Origin: an uncultured Alphaproteobacteria bacterium
GTDB taxonomy: Bacteria > Pseudomonadota > Alphaproteobacteria > Rhizobiales > Aestuariivirgaceae
Assembly: GCA_963754625.1 (NCBI GenBank)
Contig: CAVWGR010000001.1
Coordinates: 129,513-193,512 of the forward strand
Direction: 5' to 3'
DNA: 64,000 bases
Position 1 is the first letter of the stretch. Each line of letters opens with the position of its first letter. Made by a program: the position numbers and the translations under genes. The notes below the pieces were generated by a model. It was not told the origin of the DNA and searched no databases. It saw only the letters and a program-made list of their open reading frames with translations. Shown one piece after another: positions 60,619 through 64,000 of the stretch.

Positions 60619-60692
60619 TGGCTGGGGGACTAGGATTCGAACCTAGACAATCAGAGTCAGAGTCTGAGGGCCTACCGTTAGCCGATCCCCCA
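60619..60692 (-). tRNA. tRNA-Gln(CTG)
   Basis: TGGGGGA...TCAGA-CT-CTG-AC-TCTGA...GGTTCGAATCC...TCCCCCA-GCCA. Confidence 0.96.
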
Positions 60693-60824
60693 AGCGTGGC
60701 CGGACTTGAAAACGGGTTCCGGCGCGTTGGTGCGCTGCCTGATAGCCTTGGGCGCGGCATGATGCAAGTGGGTTGAGATGGGGCGTGATGGTGGGTGAGG
60801 TCCCTCCGCTGCTCCCACAAAAGC

Positions 60825-60855
60825 AAAAAACCTCCCTGCGCCGTGCAGGGAGGTT
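60825..60855 (-). terminator. Intrinsic terminator of the kinase-ATPase operon
   Basis: CCTCCCTGC/GCAGGGAGG stem with a U6 tract on the minus strand, 23 nt after the stop. Confidence 0.8.
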
Positions 60856-60877
60856 CTTGGTTGCAACAGGCCTGACT

Positions 60878-62939
60878 TTACGTCCGGAACTGCTTCAACA
60901 AACTGGCGAGGTTTTGTTGCGAGGTTGGCACCGGGCCTGCGGCCTGGGGCTGCGGGGCGATGGGTTGCTGGCGGCGCAGAGACGGCTGGCCGCTGGGTGC
61001 TGGCGCCTGCGGGGCAGTTGCATGGCCAAAGCCCGTGGCCGGGGCCGAGCGCTGGGCCGCCGCCGCAGCGGATTGCTGGGCCGCGAGGCGCTGGGCCAGT
61101 GCGGCAGCAGCGGCAGACACGATTGGTGCAGGTGCCGATGGTGGCAGGCCCTGGGCCGCCTGCGCGGCGGCAACATCGTCTCCCGCCGGAAGGGCGTTTG
61201 GTGTGCCATCGACGCTGTAGCCCGAGGCATCCGGATTGTAAGTCTGCGAGCGCCAGCGGTGCACGATCTCGTGCAGGAAGCCGTCATCGGGCATGTCTCT
61301 GGCCCAGTTCTTGGTGAAGCTCGCGGTGTTGGAGCGCGGCAGTTCGTTGGCTGGCAACATGTCGAACTTGATGCGGGTCGGCAGCGCCACGCCTTCACCG
61401 AAGGTGATGGCTTCGCCGGTGCCCATGGTGGGCATGAATTCGAGCAGCGAGGCGGCGGCGTCGGAGATACCGGCCTTGAGAATTTCCTGGTCGCGCTCGT
61501 TGGTCAGGCGCAGCGAGAAGATGGTGTTGCACTGGGACAGGATGGTGGGATCAAGTTCGGCCGGACGCTGGGTGACGATGCACAGCGAGACGCCGTACTT
61601 GCGGCCTTCCTTGGCGATCTTGGAAATGGCGCGCTTGGTTGGTTCGAAGCCCAGTGTCTTGTCGTTGGGGACGTAGCGGTGAGCCTCTTCGCAAACGAAG
61701 GTGATGGGGATGCGGCCGGCACTCCAGACACCGAAGTCAAAGGCGAGACGGGCCAGCACGGAGACGACGACGTTGATGATTTCAGACGGCAGGCCACCCA
61801 GTTCAAGAATGGCGATGGGCTTGCCGTTCACCGGCACGCGGAAGATGCGCGACAGGACGCTGGCCATGTTGTCCTGCACCGTCAGCGAGCCGAACATGAA
61901 GCTGTAGCGCGGATCGCGTGAGATGGCTTCGAGCTTGGCCTTGAGGCGCTTGTAGGGTGCAAGTTCACCACGCAGGTCGAGCTTGCCGATATATTCTTCC
62001 AAGCACGCCGGTGAGGTCCGAGGTCCGGAAGGGGATGGGCGTGTCGACGCCGATGGACTGGTTGTCGATGAGGTTGGAGCGCATCGCTGTCTTGTCGCGG
62101 CGCTGGTTGTTCATGTAGCGGATCTTGGCTTGCGGAATGAGTTCGCGCAGGATTTCCACGTCGGTGTCGCGGCCCGGCTGGTTGCCGATCAGGATTTCCA
62201 CCGCTTCGTCGAAGTTCAGCAGCCAGAATGGCAACGACATGTTTTCCGGCGTGATCACTTCGGAAATACCCTGGAAGGACTGGGCATATTCGCGGTGGAC
62301 GTCGAGCAACAGGATGTGGGCTTGCGGATTCTTTTCGAGAATGCGGCGCAGGATCAGCGCCACGGTGCAGCTTTTGCCGGTGCCGGTGGTGCCGAGAATG
62401 GAGAAGTGCTTGCCCAGCATGTCGTCGACCTTGATCATGGCCGGGATCGAGGGATCCTGCTGGATGTGGCCGACGCGCACCGAGCTGTCGGCATCGCAGG
62501 CATAGGCCATGGCAAGTTCGGCGCGGTTGGCGCGATAGACGGGATCACCGAGCGAAGGATAATTGGACACACCGCGGCGGAACGACTTCGGCAGGCCATC
62601 GTCGCCCTTGGGCAGTTCGCCGATGAATTCCACTTCAACGATGCGCATTTCGCGCTCGCTGCGGTCTTGCGATGGCATCGGCGATGACAGTGCCGACACC
62701 AGAGCCAGCGTGATGGCGTTGGCTGTATCTGCCTTGAGCAGGGTGCCGATTTCCGGTCCCTTCAGCGAATTGGCAAAGACCCCCTCATGGCTGTCGAGGA
62801 GCACCACGGCATGACCGCCGGTCACTGCAACGATGCGGCCCATGCGTTCGGTGGCGGCAAGATCTCCGGCTGCACCTGGCAAGGCAACAGGAACGGGGAA
62901 GGCCTCCGGAAACGAGGGCAATGCTGGTTTGGTGTTCAT
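60878..62939 (-). CDS. HerA/DUF87-like ATPase, frameshift near 62001
   Basis: HAS-barrel-like N-terminus, Walker [36 protein letters not shown]. Low-complexity A/P/Q tail. Confidence 0.85.
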
Positions 62940-63832
62940 GCGACGGTCCGCGGTTCTTGCTGAAGGTGAGTGGACATGATGTTGGCGTTGGCGGCAGAAG
63001 CTGGAGTTACTGCGGCCAGCGGAATAAAGACGGTGACGCGGGTGCCCACGCCCTTGGTGGAATGAATTTGCAGATCACCGCCGTGCAGGCGGGCCAGCGC
63101 CATGGCGATGGGCAAGCCGAGGCCGGTGCCTTCGTGGCGTTTGTTGAAGCCGCTTTCGACCTGGCCGAAGGGGCTCATGGCAGTATCAACTTCGGCGGCA
63201 TCCATGCCGGGTCCGGTATCGGTGACACTGATGGTGGCGAAGCCGGCGCTGTGCACACTTGCTTCAAGTTTGACCTTGCCCCAGTCGGGCGTGAACTTCA
63301 CGGCATTGCCGAGGAGGTTGATCATGATCTGCTTGAGGCGCAGCGGATCAGCCAGCAGCAAGGGAAAGCGGTCGGGAATGACGCCCAACACCGAAATGTT
63401 CTTTTCCTTGGCCTTGGCCTCGGTGATGAGCAGGCAGCCTTCGATGATGTTGGCGAGCGAAATCGCTTCGGGATCGACCGAGAGCTTGCCGGCCTGGATT
63501 TTCGAGACGTCGAGAATGCCGTTGATGAGTGCCAGGAGATGTTCGGCTGCCTGCTTGATGTAGGCGGAATACTGGATGGTTTTTTCAGGGCCGGTCACGG
63601 TCTGGGTGGCCAGCATGTCGGAAAAGCCGATGATGGCGTTGAGCGGCGTCCTGAGCTCGTGGCTCATGTTGGCGATGAATTCGGATTTGGCCTTGGATGC
63701 GAGTTCGGCGTCGACCTTGGCCGCGTTGAGCGCCAGCGCCTGCTTTTGCTGGCGCACGCCGTGGCCCATGCCCTCGCCAAAATCAGCGAGCAACGAGCCT
63801 TCACGAAACCAACTTCTGCCGTAATTACGCAT
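62936..63832 (-). CDS. Histidine kinase (HisKA-HATPase), PleC/DivJ-like, no sensor domain
   Basis: [44 protein letters not shown] overlap with the ATPase gene. Start uncertain. Confidence 0.9.
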   Translation of the reverse strand: MRNYGRSWFREGSLLADFGEGMGHGVRQQKQALALNAAKVDAELASKAKSEFIANMSHELRTPLNAIIGFSDMLATQTVTGPEKTIQYSAYIKQAAEHLLALINGILDVSKIQAGKLSVDPEAISLANIIEGCLLITEAKAKEKNISVLGVIPDRFPLLLADPLRLKQIMINLLGNAVKFTPDWGKVKLEASVHSAGFATISVTDTGPGMDAAEVDTAMSPFGQVESGFNKRHEGTGLGLPIAMALARLHGGDLQIHSTKGVGTRVTVFIPLAAVTPASAANANIMSTHLQQEPRTVA

Positions 63833-63886
63833 ATTTACCTTGTCCCAACTGACTGTTTTGCCATCAACACCTCAATTCCGGGTTAA

Positions 63887-63908
63887 TGTTGCCACAGTGT
63901 TGCCACAG
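63887..63908. repeat. Perfect 11-bp tandem direct repeat in the kinase promoter region
   Basis: TGTTGCCACAG twice. Confidence 0.7.
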
Positions 63909-64000
63909 GATTTTTCAGATTTTCTTTACGCTTAAGGCAAAGCTGATAAGGTGCGGGCAACGCAATGATTTAAGACCTTGGGTGAGTTCCGGCTTGACGC

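Noticed and set aside
61020-61160. Low-complexity GC-rich tract
   Set aside because: Explained by the Ala/Pro/Gln-rich tail of the ATPase.
60878-62939. HerA-type anti-phage system
   Set aside because: No NurA, Sir2 or DUF4297-like partner. GC content and codon style match the core genome, and the partner gene is a kinase.

Overview
A GC-rich alphaproteobacterial (Hyphomicrobiales/Rhizobiales-like) chromosomal segment of mostly housekeeping and catabolic genes, with three tRNAs (Pro-CGG, Gln-TTG, Gln-CTG). Main blocks: a cytochrome b plus Tat-exported molybdoenzyme pair; gabT; deoC with a two-domain aldehyde dehydrogenase; a sugar ABC transporter followed by mtnK-mtnA; an oxidative D-apiose/apionate cluster with a RuBisCO-like protein; serC-serA; an EF-G paralogue; a GGDEF-EAL protein; mcl; trxB-lsrB; carB; greA; and a sensorless PleC/DivJ-type kinase coupled to a HerA-like ATPase. 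About nine genes, including trxB, are split by single-base indels, which looks like long-read assembly error rather than true pseudogenisation. The least explained structure is at 55.1-56.2 kb. It is a tandem duplication of a module made of a conserved 26-bp upstream motif, a 62-aa secreted peptide ending in C-x4-C, and a covarying three-hairpin C-rich RNA element with a terminator. The same upstream motif precedes two other small secreted proteins at 42.2 kb. Also unexplained is a CACCGTAATA repeat array beside an orphan gene downstream of tRNA-Gln(CTG). All family assignments come from motifs and recalled homologues; no database search was run.
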